From Monosiga brevicollis MX1 (lineage: Eukaryota): 64,000 bases of DNA. The notes under the pieces were generated by a model, which made no database searches, was not told where the DNA came from, and saw only the letters and a program-made list of their open reading frames with translations. Shown piece after piece: positions 1 through 12,226 of this stretch (position 1 is its first letter; every line of letters begins with the position of its first letter). The stretch is taken from positions 1 through 64,000 of the forward strand of contig NW_001865084.1 in the NCBI RefSeq assembly GCF_000002865.3. The letters run 5' to 3'. The position numbers were made by a program, and so were the translations under genes.

Positions 1-10
1 ACAACTCCGT

Positions 11-943
11 TCACGCCAGGTTCACCTGCTCAGTCACCAGCAAGCCCCGCGACAGCACAAGTTCCACCGTGCTGCCCACAAAGCTCACGTCTCCCGAGCA
101 GTCCTCCGTACCCGCGCCCGTAATCGTACACGTCACGCTCCCAGACTCCACCGACATCGTCCATCCAACGTCGTCCCGGTACACAACATCGTACGCTGGC
201 GCATCAGACACCACCGCGTGGTCAATCGTCGCCGTAAACGCATACACGTCGCCCGCATCCACAGACGCGCCATCGTTGCCCACCGGCAGTGTTGTCGTGC
301 GCGACACATTCAGCTCCGGCTCAACTACCGTCACCTGATCGCTTTCGACTACATTAGAGCCACCGAAAGTTGTGGACGCTTGAAGCACTGCTTGATGTCC
401 TCGGCTTGTATCAAGCGCTGCTTCATCAAAGCGGCCCGTTACGTTTAGAATGATGCTTGCGGTAGAAGCGAATGTACAGCTTCCAAAGTCAAAGCGTATG
501 GCTTCGTTGGCAACCAGCACACTGGCATCATCAAGCTCGTTGAGGTTGGTTGTGGTTATCTGCGCGTCGATGCTGGCCACAATAGCTGAATCAACCTTGA
601 ACGTCGCTGTTTGTCCAATGTTGTTGTTGTAGGTAATATCTGATATTACGTTGTAAGTGCCCGTACTTCCTTCCAGAGTGAGCATGAAGCGCACGGACTC
701 GCCGACTGCAAGGTCGGGCAAGGTCGTTGCAGCCAATCCTTGCTCATGTTTGGAAATGGTGACGAGTTGGGCGCCTGCAGTTGTATCGAAAGGGACGACG
801 TGTCAGTCGCGTTGAAGTCGCAGGAACGAGATACCTTTTATGAAGCTGCCCAAGATACTCAAAAGGCAAAAACTACGCTCAAACGTACCGACTTGTGCCA
901 CAAAGAGGCATAGGGCAAGCAGAAGCGACGCCAGCGCCGCCAT
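11..943 (-). CDS. Secreted/surface protein with bacterial-type DUF11 (conserved repeat)/Ig-like domain; probably continues beyond the left edge
   Basis: Exon 1 (943-889) encodes signal peptide MAALASLLLALCLFVAQV. GT..AG intron 888-775. Exon 2 is in frame with ORF 11..736 (VVEPELNVSRTT...VDAGDVYAFTATIDH...AYDVVYRDDV). The TGA at 13-11 overlaps a possible GT donor. Confidence 0.7.
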
Positions 944-1848
944 GTTTGGGGAGCTTGAGCCAGCAAGCTGCCTACTAGTTTGAATGTGCGTCTAACTTGA
1001 AGTGCTTTTTAAAAAACGAGCAAGTCAACTGGAAATCACCTTGCCCCTTGGCAGGCACAGCCTGGGGGGCTGGGAAAAGGAACCACACTCCTCAAGCACT
1101 GCTGATGAATAGCAAATCAGGCAATCAAACGTGGAATGGAATTTTCTAATCATAGCATGTCGTGTGCAAAAGAAAAAAAAAGCGTCCGTGAGCGAGACAA
1201 GCAATTTCATTGTGAAAAGCCAAGCTGGTGATGGGGTGTGTCTGTGCGCATGCTTGATATACACCCATGTGCACCCATGCATGCAGATCGGACTGAGGAG
1301 ATGCACCTTGAAAACAGATTAAGAATCGGAGCAGCAGACCAACTGCGAGCCGCAACCGCAATCGGGCTCGGCTCGCCGTGGGCGCCCTGAAAGCAGCCTC
1401 TTGACGCTCCTCCACCTATGGGTTTTCATCCGGTCATGCCAAGCTACACGAATCAGCGGTTCCAATAAATGCCAGACAGCCAAAAAGCCATGCGAAGACC
1501 GGACTACCCAAACAGCAACAAAGCACAAGCCAAGCGCAGCACGACACGAAGCAACGTCCCGTGACGCGAGCGCCTGCTTGCCCGTCCTCCGTTCCACCTC
1601 CCCCATGACATCGCCTGACGATATCATACACCCTTCCCTCTCAGCCACCAAGCACTACCCACACACAGTCCAAACCCCAACCCCAACCCCCAGCCTCACC
1701 ACCGTGCAGCGTGCCACCAGCCCACCGGCTGCCATATGATACCAACCAACAGGCGTCAGTCGAACGTACCCCTTGCACTCACACACACACACACTTGTCG
1801 CTTGTGTGTCTCTCTCTATAAAATAGAGAACAAAAGAGTCAAAAGTCA

Positions 1849-1850
<2 letters not shown>

Positions 1851-1912
<62 letters not shown>
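1851..1912. repeat. (CT)n microsatellite
   Basis: Direct reading; abuts an assembly gap. Confidence 0.95.
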
Positions 1913-1915
<3 letters not shown>

Positions 1916-2235
1916 NNNNNNNNNNNNNNNNNNNNNNNNNNNNNNNNNNNNNNNNNNNNNNNNNNNNNNNNNNNNNNNNNNNNNNNNNNNNNNNNNNNNN
2001 NNNNNNNNNNNNNNNNNNNNNNNNNNNNNNNNNNNNNNNNNNNNNNNNNNNNNNNNNNNNNNNNNNNNNNNNNNNNNNNNNNNNNNNNNNNNNNNNNNNN
2101 NNNNNNNNNNNNNNNNNNNNNNNNNNNNNNNNNNNNNNNNNNNNNNNNNNNNNNNNNNNNNNNNNNNNNNNNNNNNNNNNNNNNNNNNNNNNNNNNNNNN
2201 NNNNNNNNNNNNNNNNNNNNNNNNNNNNNNNNNNN
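1916..2235. other. Assembly gap (N run)
   Basis: N bases. Confidence 1.
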
Positions 2236-2436
2236 TCACACACAGTCACACAGTGCAGAGTGCATGTGAATTTGTGGGGAAATAAAACGCCCACTTTATG
2301 ACGACGACGCGCTACCAGTTGGTTTTGCTGACATTGATCACACCAAACACACGATCAAGCCCATGTGCATGCTTCCTCTCTCAAAAATACAAAAAAAAGG
2401 ACACAACATGGACTTGCTGCTATGGGTGTCAACTCG

Positions 2437-5400
2437 CTACAGAACGTAGCAGCGCGTCTGGCCGGTCATGCCGTCGTACAGGAGCGTGTTATTGAATGGC
2501 ACGTATTGGTGCGTCACCAACTTGATGACCTCTTGGGCGGCAATGCCTGTCGTGAAGTCACAGAGGTCCTTTCTGTGAGACGATAGTCAGGAAGAAGACA
2601 CACAAGATCAAGGGTGCGTCACTCACCACCCAGGTAGGCGCTGATCGTGTGTAGCTCTGCAGCACCATAACGGCAGCTGGTTCCACATGGAAATACAGTC
2701 ATTAGAAAAGGCGACGCAGATTTGCTTTGCACAAGCATCCCCAACGACTGAAAGCGACAAAGGCAGACGCCGAGAAAGGGGGAGGGGAAGAAAAAAAAAA
2801 AAAGAAGAAGCTGAAGCATAGCCACTCACAACTCGTGAATAAAGTCATCCTTGACAGTGGCGGAGAGACCCAGCCGCGTGAGGACTCCCTGTGCACTGTT
2901 GGTCAGATCCAAGATATCGTCTGTAAAATCCGAAGCCAGAGTCCCTGATTTCAAAAGCAATCATCAAGTGACACAGACAGGGTGAGCAATCTTGCAATGA
3001 GCCATGATGGAGCAAAAAGGAGGCGGGTTGTTTTTTTGCTAGCAGCATACCCGGATAAGCGCCATGACCAAAGTAAAAGTCATCTGCTGCCAGCAGCGAG
3101 ACGTAGAACAATGCATGATTATCGGGCTCCTCCAATTGACGATCTATCAAAGATGGCAGGGTGAGCAAGAAGGTGTGTGACCAATGTGGACTTTCCGCAC
3201 AACAGCTTGCGCTTGCGCTTGCCGGGCGTCGCCGCGACAGGCGCATACCGAGCAAGCTTGATTCGGGCGCTTGGGCTTCATCTTCCAGTGAACGACAAGT
3301 CAGGGCGGCCAGAAAGGCTGCATTTTTGCCTATTGATGTATAACAATCACATTAACCTAGCCAATGTTGGCCGACTTTTCTAAGAAGAAGGGCTACCCTG
3401 ACGTACAAAAGAGCTTGATGGTGTCCTCAGGAACGGCCGTGGTTGGCCGGCCCACCATCTTGAGATCCTCGGCCACGTAATTTGCAATCTCTATCCTATC
3501 GGCCTCAGCTTGGGCCTTGTAGGCCTACAACCAACGCCCATGTCACGCTGTCAAGCAAAATGCCTCTCACAGACCGCAGCTTCCCAAGCAGAATCATAGC
3601 TCAAGTGCAAAGCTCAACTATCGACGAATCGGCCCACTCAGTAACAACACGACGCTTGCTCACCTCTTGCAAGCGCACGTATGAGGCTGTGTCGGTCTCA
3701 ATATCGGGAAGAGAGCCTCGTAGCGGCAAGGAACCATGTGTGTTGACGAAACGCTTCAAAGCACGCACCAAGATCCAAAATGTTGACGTCTATGCAGCAG
3801 GCCAAAAGGTCGTAGGTTAGCCTGGTGGCGCGAGGACCTCACACAAATAGACTTGGCAGGATGAAAGGCTTGGGAGAGCCTTCATGGGATGCATAAACCC
3901 TGTCAGGCAGAACGAACCGTCGTGTCACAGGTGGACGCTGCTGGGTGATCCATGATGGCAGCCACGTCCGAGGGAATCTACGTGGTGAGGTTTGTGAGGC
4001 CAGAGGGTGAGGACCGGGCCGTCCTGTCAAGACTTGGCTGATTTGATGTGCATTGCTCATCGAGACACGAACGTCGCTGGGAAGGAGTGCCGTGTTGCAG
4101 GCTTGGATGGCTTCGTCAAAATTGGTCTGTGATTCGGGACCAAGTCCATCTGCGCGTTGTCGTCGCGCTTGTTCCAGAAGCGCCTTGACTTCTTTGCGTT
4201 GGGCATAGGAACTGGGCAGTGCTCCCTCATGGTCGGCCTGCCACTGCTGGAGACACTTTAAGATGAGGATGGGGTAGGGAACATGCGAATGCTGCTGCAA
4301 GTCCAAGGCCTGCGCGTGTCAAGTGGCTTAGTTGGGTGAATTCTGCAGGACTACGACTTGTCCAATTGGCAAGAGAATGGATAGGGAAGCCATGGAGTGC
4401 GTACCTCGAGGTCGATGGACTTGGCAAAGGAGGCCAGTGCGGGAAAGGGGTGCAGCAGACGCAGGTCATGTAAAGCATCGTCTGGGTGGGACTCGATCAC
4501 GGTGTGCTCAGGCACGGCCAGTCGTAGGTATCCAAACAGACCGTACACCCGCCCAACCAGCAAGGGGATCTGGCCACCCACAGAAAACAAGAGAGTGAGA
4601 GTTGGTTACGGAGAATTGGCACTGAGTGAGGAGGAGGAGGAGGAGGAGGGCGTTGGGCGGACGCAGCCGAACCTTGAGCTTCCACAGCAGCCGGGCGAGT
4701 GAGGCCAGTTGGGCAAAAGGCATTTGAGTGGCCACAACCACGGAAAAGGCCCGAAAAAAGTCGGGATCATTGTCAACCAAGTGTTCAACGCTCTGTGAAG
4801 GGGGGGCAGGGCAATGGAGAAGCCCGGCCACTGGAGTGAGGCTGGGGATGTTGTGGCAAAGAATGGAGCCAAGGGTACCAAGCTCACTTCTTCGCGATGA
4901 TTTCCGCGCACTTCGCGGTTCAGTTCGCCAATAAGGGCTGCCGCAGCAGCCCCACGGTTCTGAGACGCAGAGCACCATAGGCAAGCCGCGATGAGCTAAA
5001 AGCAAATGTGGACGGGGATCAAGCAAAGTCAAGGTCAAGAGGGGTCGTTGCGAGGGTCCACCTTGCCAATGTCCTCCTCGGTAAAAAAGAAGCTGCAAGG
5101 TGAAGCAGTCCACAGAGGAAAGGAGGCAAGGGGAGGCGTACAACGAGTAGCCAAGATGAAGGTGAGGGGGATGGGGGGAATCTGGCCTTCCAACCATCCC
5201 TTTGGTCGGTTGTACTTGACTCTGCATGAAAAAAGTGAGGGCCGCATGCCTGTGGGACGTACTTGGATCCGAGGTCTGAAGATTGTACCGTTGCTGGGTC
5301 CAGGATGGTGAAGGAGCCAATGCCTGATCAAGGTGGTACGGGTGTGTGGGTGAGGTTAGTATAGCTGCATGGGCCAGAGGTGACAGCGTTGTATCAGCCC

Positions 5401-5694
5401 TTGATCATCTGTCGAGATGGCTGGACAAGAGCATACCTGGAAGGACAAGATTCTTGAGAAGCTCGGTGCCCAGCGCTGAGGCATTGATGAGGCAAATGGA
5501 AGCGCGCTCCAAGGCTTCTTGGCCATGGTCGCCCCAGAGGCTTTGAAACAACGCCAGCGGGGCGAGTGGTGGCACAGCGACAGGCGCACGACAGTGAGTA
5601 CGTCACTTTGATGTTCAAGCGTTCATAACCGGGGCGGGGCCTACCGAAGCTGCCGATCGTAGCGCTGCTTTTTTTGGTCGGGTGCGACGGCCAT
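2437..5694 (-). CDS. NAE1: NEDD8-activating enzyme E1 regulatory subunit (APPBP1/Ula1), multi-exon
   Basis: Spliced translation: [118 protein letters not shown]...YVL*. Confidence 0.95.
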
Positions 5695-5907
5695 GCTGCC
5701 GGGTGCGATGCAAGGAAGCGCTTGTGACAACGCAAGCTCGGGCTCCTCCACGACGTGATGTCGACGAGACGCGAATGCAGCGGCCGTCCACGTCAGTCAA
5801 GACGCACACCCAAATCCAAAACTTGCAGGGCAGGAGCCAAAACTAGACCAATGGTAGAGCGTTCGAGGCGAGGTTGAATTCCGGTTCGAATCAAGTCGAG
5901 AGAGGGG

Positions 5908-5909
<2 letters not shown>

Positions 5910-5997
<88 letters not shown>
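5910..5997. repeat. (CA)n microsatellite upstream of NAE1
   Basis: Direct reading. Confidence 0.95.
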
Positions 5998-6000
<3 letters not shown>

Positions 6001-6424
6001 GCGGCCAAGACCAGCAACCGGCAGGGGCGTGAGGTCCCACTGACCGGTTTCGGTCGGCGTTGCTGGCCAAATTGTCAGATTATGTTATTTTAGAGGGGGT
6101 GATCAGGTTGCAAGGAGTGTTTGAAGAAAATCACTGAGCGATTGCGCTTTAAGATCTAGCAGTCGTCGTTGGTGTGGCATTTTACACGCTTTCATCGACT
6201 GCTTCAACAACTCTCTCTCTCTCTCTCTCTTCTCCTTAGGTAAGCCAGTCGCTACCTGATGTCATTGCCGAAGGCATCGGCTTACCTTTGCCGCATTTTT
6301 CCTCCTCTCTTCTCTTTCCTCTTAATGTTGCACAGTGGCACGTTGTCAGACACATTCACCACATGCTTGAACACGTTGGATGCGCGGTGTGTTGGATGTC
6401 ATCGTCCCATGCTGAACACACACA

Positions 6425-6577
6425 NNNNNNNNNNNNNNNNNNNNNNNNNNNNNNNNNNNNNNNNNNNNNNNNNNNNNNNNNNNNNNNNNNNNNNNNNNNN
6501 NNNNNNNNNNNNNNNNNNNNNNNNNNNNNNNNNNNNNNNNNNNNNNNNNNNNNNNNNNNNNNNNNNNNNNNNNNNNN
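6425..6577. other. Assembly gap (N run)
   Basis: N bases. Confidence 1.
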
Positions 6578-6619
6578 CGCTTCTCTCTTTCTTTTGTGTT
6601 CATCTCACCTCATGATCGC

Positions 6620-6778
<159 letters not shown>

Positions 6779-7318
6779 TAGTTTTTTTTTTTTGGATCAC
6801 TCGTCGACCGTGACCGTCATCGTCGCCGTCGCCGTCGCCGCCGTCATCACTCGCGGCAACATAAAAAGCCCTCAGCTGTTTCTGCGCACTTGACCTGCTC
6901 CCGTTCTCTGGACCTGGTTCATCAGCCGTAACTCGGATCACCCCTGTGATCATCAAATACCTCCATCACATCTGCCATCAGCAACAACCAGCAAAAACAA
7001 AAGAAACCCCTCCAGTGTGTGTGTGTGTGTGTTTGGTCATCTCGCTGAGCTGCTGCCAACGCACGCACTCGCTTCTCAGGCTTCTCAGCTGCGCACACAT
7101 CTTCCGTGGACGTGTCTACTGGTTTTTGCTGTGCTTCATTTGCTGCTTGAGTCTCGGACCTGACTTCTCTCGTCCAAGTCTCGTTGCTTGCCTTCCTTTT
7201 GGCGCAATCTCCGCGCGCTTCGCCTTCTCCTTGTTTTGTTGCTCCTTTGGCGACGTGTTTGTTGTTGCCCCGACTTTTTGGTTTATCGCGCCTTGTCTTC
7301 CGACGCTGACCGTTTATC

Positions 7319-9088
7319 ATGGCCAAGTCCATCAACACCGCCAAGACCGTCAAGACCGTCGAGCCCCAGGCCGAACGCGACTTGATTGACTTTCAGCAGA
7401 ATGGCCTGGAGAACATCCTGTCCCAAAAGCTTCTCCTCTTTCCCCAGAGCCCCGAGATCTCGCCCTGGGAGCTCGTGACCGCTCTCACCCATGCCCTGGC
7501 CGACAACAATATTCCACTTGATGACGTCCGGCTTGAAGGCAGCGCGGCTGCCGCTTGCATGTCCACCCACCCCCACCATTACGTACGTTCTTCTTAGCTT
7601 GCATCGCCCTTGTCCATCCATATACGAGATGCTGCGTTTTCATGATGATTATACAAAGCGTATCTCGGACCTCATCTACGAGGAGACCCGTGTATATCTT
7701 TAAAAAAAAAAGAAAAAAGAAAAGAAAGGCCGCTGGTCTAGGGAGAATGATGATGAAAGCTTCAACCGGCCCGTACCTCACTCACCCTACCCCACATTGA
7801 TTTTCGTTTTACCTAGAATGACCTTGATATCGTCTTCCACCTGCCCCCTTCATCCAACTACGACAAGCTGCTTCAAATCCGTGCTGTTCTGATTGAAACG
7901 CTGCGCACTCTCCTGCCCACTTACCTGGGTGCCTGTGATCCCCAAATGATCGCTGCCCGCTGCTTTACAAAGATGTTTGTCACCCCCCTGGGATCGGATC
8001 GTTGGGCCCTGTTCTCCCTCCCGGGATGCCCCGCCCTCGACCTCAAGTTTGTCCAGACACTGTCCAGCCCCTACCAGTTTACCATGAACAGCATACAAAT
8101 TGTTTTGCCAAAGGCGCACTCAGCCAACGCCACTTTTGCCGATGCCTGCGCTCGCCAAACCCCTCGTGCCATCTGCACTTACGGTGACCTTGACGCTGCT
8201 CTTGAGCACATTGCTTCCCGCCGCATCTACGTTCCCCAGGAATCCCACCTCCTCAAACTGCACGGCACGGCCCTCCTCAAATACGTCTACCTCATTTCAC
8301 AAGGCTGGCAAGTTGCCGAACACCTCAACCGCCCCAAACTCGAGCACTTTATGATTCAAAAGTTTCTCGCTGACCATGAGCACCGCCAAGCGCTTGATCA
8401 ACGCCTTGCCAGCTACCGGCTCACCCACATGGCCAACTTTTACAACGAACACTACAACTTTATCGCCACTCTTTACGCAATGCTTTGTGACAAGAATCGC
8501 GATGAAGACTGCCCCCGTCTTCAGGAGTTTAAGGCCATTGTCAGCCAACACTTTCTCGTCTGCCAAACGCACATGGCCATGGAACGCGCCCACATTGCGC
8601 GCTGCATGCAGCAGCAGCAGCAGCAACAACAACAACAACAACAACCTTTTGCCGCCAACGCTCTGCCCATGCAGTCCATGAGCCAAGCGTCCCCCGCAAT
8701 GATGGTAACTTCTGGGCCAGGCATGGTTCCTGCGGCCGCCCCGGCCCCCTTGCCGGTCTGGGATGGTGCAGATGGCCACCTGGATGCTGCCAGCGCCACC
8801 CAGGCTGCTGGCACTGATTTTTCCGCTTGTCAGACGCCCCAATCACCCCAGTCCCCGGCTAGCGATGCGCGGCCTGATGCGGTCACCACAGATTCGGGTG
8901 CTGTCTCTGACGCGTCGGACGCCGATGACTTGAGCCCAGAGCCGCGCCGTCCTGCGCGACACGTTCGCAAAAGCATTTCATCATCCCGCGCTCAGCCTTT
9001 GAACCTTGACTCGCTTTCACATGCTTTGGTGGACACTACCAATACCGCGCATGCTCACCACCGCAACAGCGGTCCGTCTGCGAGGTAG
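7319..9088 (+). CDS. TENT5/FAM46-family terminal nucleotidyltransferase (non-canonical poly(A) polymerase-like); 2 exons (intron 7583-7816); polyQ and low-complexity C-tail
   Basis: VRLEGSAAAAC...HY|NDLDIVF (GS plus DxD), FTKMFV...DRWALFSL, LDLKFVQTLSSPYQFTMNSIQI, YGDLDAALEH, ALLKY. These match the order of FAM46 motifs (VRLNGSAA, YKDLDLIF, DRWSLISL, VELKFV, FEFSVDSFQI, YGDF, GLLKY). Confidence 0.85.
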
Positions 9089-10043
9089 TTGGCCGGTTCA
9101 GCTTGACCGCTCGGCTTCAGACAGTTATTTTTGATTGTTGTTGGTTGTTTGTTCATTTGCCTTTTGGTTCGTTTTCTTGACAATGTTTGCTTGCATGCCT
9201 GTGCACACGTGGAACGCCATGGAGCGCCGCTCCTCTCCGCCATCACCACGATGCATGCTTGTGAACAGAATGTCTTTCTCTCTTGGTCTTGATTTTTCAA
9301 ATCCTTCTTCAATCTTTGTTGTATCTTTTTGCTCTTGCATGTTTCAGACATTTGTTTTTTGAGATCATCTCAATTTTGCTCGCCTCGCGAGGTGTGAGGG
9401 GCACGGCCTCTCCCCCACTTGTTACGTTCTTGTTGTTGTGAGCGTGTGTGTGTCACGCTTACTTGAGTGTTGGAAGCTCGGCATGAGCCGAGCTCCATGC
9501 GTGTCTTGTCGCCTCTTCCTTTTCAAACGCGTGTGGGTCAATTTTTACTTCTGATATGTGTTACGAGACATGTGTACATGACCCCCTGGCAATGAATGCC
9601 ATTGGGTTGCACCACATTTGTCATCTTTTGTTTTTCACGATGGGCTCCCAGTCTGGTGCCCCATCTTCATTAGCTTTTTTAAGAATGTTTATCGCGCAGT
9701 GCATCCTTTTTGAGGCCGCACTGTGCTTCCGTGTTGACGTCATTTTCCCACGCCACCCCTCCTTATTTTTCTTTACTCGATTTTCTGGCTCAAAAGGGCT
9801 CTTTTTTTTTTGGTGTTAGTTTCGCTGGTTTGCCCTGCTCTTCAGCTCAACTGTTGGACGGTTGTGCTCGGATAGTTTGGGGCATCTTCCCCCCCCCCCC
9901 CCCCCCCCTTTTTTTTTCTTCTCATCACAAAATTTAATAGAAACGATGACTCTTTCGAATCACATGAATTTTGATCAGTCTCTACAATAATATCATGAAA
10001 AGCTTTTGCGGTGTGTGGGGAGCTCACTTTGCTGAGCAGTTGA

Positions 10044-11682
10044 CTACTCGTCCATTAATGCCCGATTGCGCGTCTCAACAGGGATCTGCCGAGCAAGACA
10101 TGATGTTGACGTGAGATGAAGCTTGGATTAAAGAACGACGATGTGCCCATACCTGAAAAATGAGGCAACCCGCAACACCAGCCACGGCCGCCATCATCAC
10201 GCAAGTGGTGGCGGGATCACTGCTCACAGCACCGACAAGGCCGAGGCAAGAGTTGAGCTCAGAGGATGAATACCACACACGGCAAAATTGTCAGGAAGTG
10301 AGGCGGCAGGTGGCAGCGAGCCCACGCCCAGCAACTGACCTGCGAAAATAGGCGTCGATGAGGAAAGGGCTGAGCGCGCCGCCGACACGAGCGGCACTCG
10401 AGGCCAAGCCCAAACCCAAGGCGCGGTGTTTCGTGGCAAAGGCTTCTGTTGTGAAAATCCAAAGGCTTTGGTTGAAGCCAAGAGCTGCCGCCCGTGCCAT
10501 CCATAAGGTGGCAGCCAGCCACCGACAGCCGGCAGCCTGACAGTCCGCTTTGGCATCAAGGCCGTAACTAAGAATGAGTAGGCACCAGCCAGTCACTGCA
10601 AAAAAGAGGAAGATGGTGGCACGACGACCCACGAGGTCCAAGAGCCAGGAAGCTGCATAGAGACCAGGCAGCTCGGCCAGGTTGGCCATGGCCACGTTGA
10701 AGTAGGTGGCATCGGAGAACTTGGCAGCACGGCGCGTTTCCGGCTGCACAACGGTCGTCAGCAGGACCAAAAAGTAATAGACGGTGGCCATGAGAAGGAA
10801 CTCTGTAGCCAGGAGGGAAAAAAGGGGCCAATCAGCCCAAAAGTCGTGCCACCAGCTGGTGAGGGAGCGTGACACTACGGCTGGCGCGTGAGCGAGGGAT
10901 TCGACTGCACTGGCACCAGAACTGTTGGAAGCGTCCCTCGTCGCTTGACGCTTGGCATGGTTCTCTGCCCGAGCTGTCACAAGCTGTGCTGTTTGCAGGT
11001 CTTGTTGATCTGCCTCTGGAATGGCGTTGATGCGTGCGGCGCGACACGAAAGCTGACGGGCGCGACTGGTCTGGCCGGTCTGAACTAGAAAGCGCAGCGA
11101 CTCGGGCAGGTAGAACCAACAGAGTCCATAGGTCATGGCTGGGACAAGCGCAGCGAGGAGAAGGAGCGCGCGCCATCGTTCCCGCACAGCCCAGGCCAGG
11201 AGCGTCACAAAGAGTGCTCCAAGGGAGAAAAAGTACATAAAGGAAACGAGCCTACGACCGCGATCCGCGGCGGGCAACCACTCGGCATAGAGGGTCAGCG
11301 CGGCCGGCGTGCCAGCCACGCCAAAGCCCACGCCAGCGCGGGCCAAGATGAGGATGGCAGGTGTGGGGGCAAGGGCACTAGCTAGCCCAAAACCAGCAAT
11401 GGTGGCCGTATATGCCAGAGTGGCCGCCCGTCGCCCATAGCGATCTGCTAGCAGGCCCACGGCCAGGGCACCCAAAAGCATGCCCGCAAAGACGGCGACA
11501 GTGACTGCGGTCTGGTAGGCTGCACCTGCACCAAAAGTCTCATCAAACTCGAGCGCATGCTGCAACAACGGCATAACCATGAGCTCAACGCCATCGCTGA
11601 ACAGAGTCAAGCCAGTCAAAACCAGCAGGCGCTGCTGAAACCGCCCGCTGCCAACACGCTCCAGCACCGCATCCGGCTCCAT
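10044..11682 (-). CDS. MFS transporter, SV2/SVOP-like; 3 exons (11682-10340, 10219-10153, 10085-10044)
   Basis: GRFQ N-terminus, motif A GLLADRYGRR, LYAEWLP, LPESLRFL, DLVGRR, TTEAFAT..RALGLG...ARVG. Two small 3' exons supply the last TM helix and IPVETRNRALMDE*. Confidence 0.9.
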
Positions 11683-12226
11683 GATCCAAATTTTCATCCA
11701 AATCCCGCCAGGCAGCTTTTTTCTGACAAAATGTGTTTTGCTGACATTCCTCGTCAATGTTTTCTTCTGACATTCTGGTTGTTGTTGTTTTTGCACTTGT
11801 GGCGCATGTTAACAAGTGCACCTCTATCTTGAAAGACCCCTCGGATGCGAACGTGCAGCTCAGTTTCCTGTCGATGGCCTCCGAAAGCGCAAAAGCGGTG
11901 AAAGAGGTGCGTGGTTCGTCGGGGGGGGCTTGGCTGAAGCTTCGGCCGACCGCAGGGGGAGGCGGGAGAAGAGGAATGGGGGTTGGAGCGTGCTGGGCTT
12001 TGATATCGTCACTTGGTGGCGAAAACGGGAGAGAGAGAGAGAGAGAGAGGGAGAGAGTGGTGTGGTCTCGCTTTTTTGCACCTGATCTTTGCTGCTCTGC
12101 AACGCACGCGCCCAGGCATCGCTGATCTCAAGTTCAAGGTCTTGCTTGCTCCACGCGAGCTAGAACCATCTCTCTCATATATTCCAAGGTCAAGGGATAG
12201 CCTACGTTTTGCTCCAACTTGACAGC

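Noticed and set aside
11..13. TGA ending the first ORF as a selenocysteine or readthrough codon
   Set aside because: It overlaps a plausible GT donor at the window edge, and no SECIS can be assessed.
1025..1800. Several short ORFs on both strands
   Set aside because: No recognisable motifs or consistent splice structure; likely intergenic or UTR.
7642..7800. ATGATGA C-box-like motifs in the TENT5 intron (possible C/D snoRNA)
   Set aside because: No downstream CTGA D-box or terminal stem within the intron.
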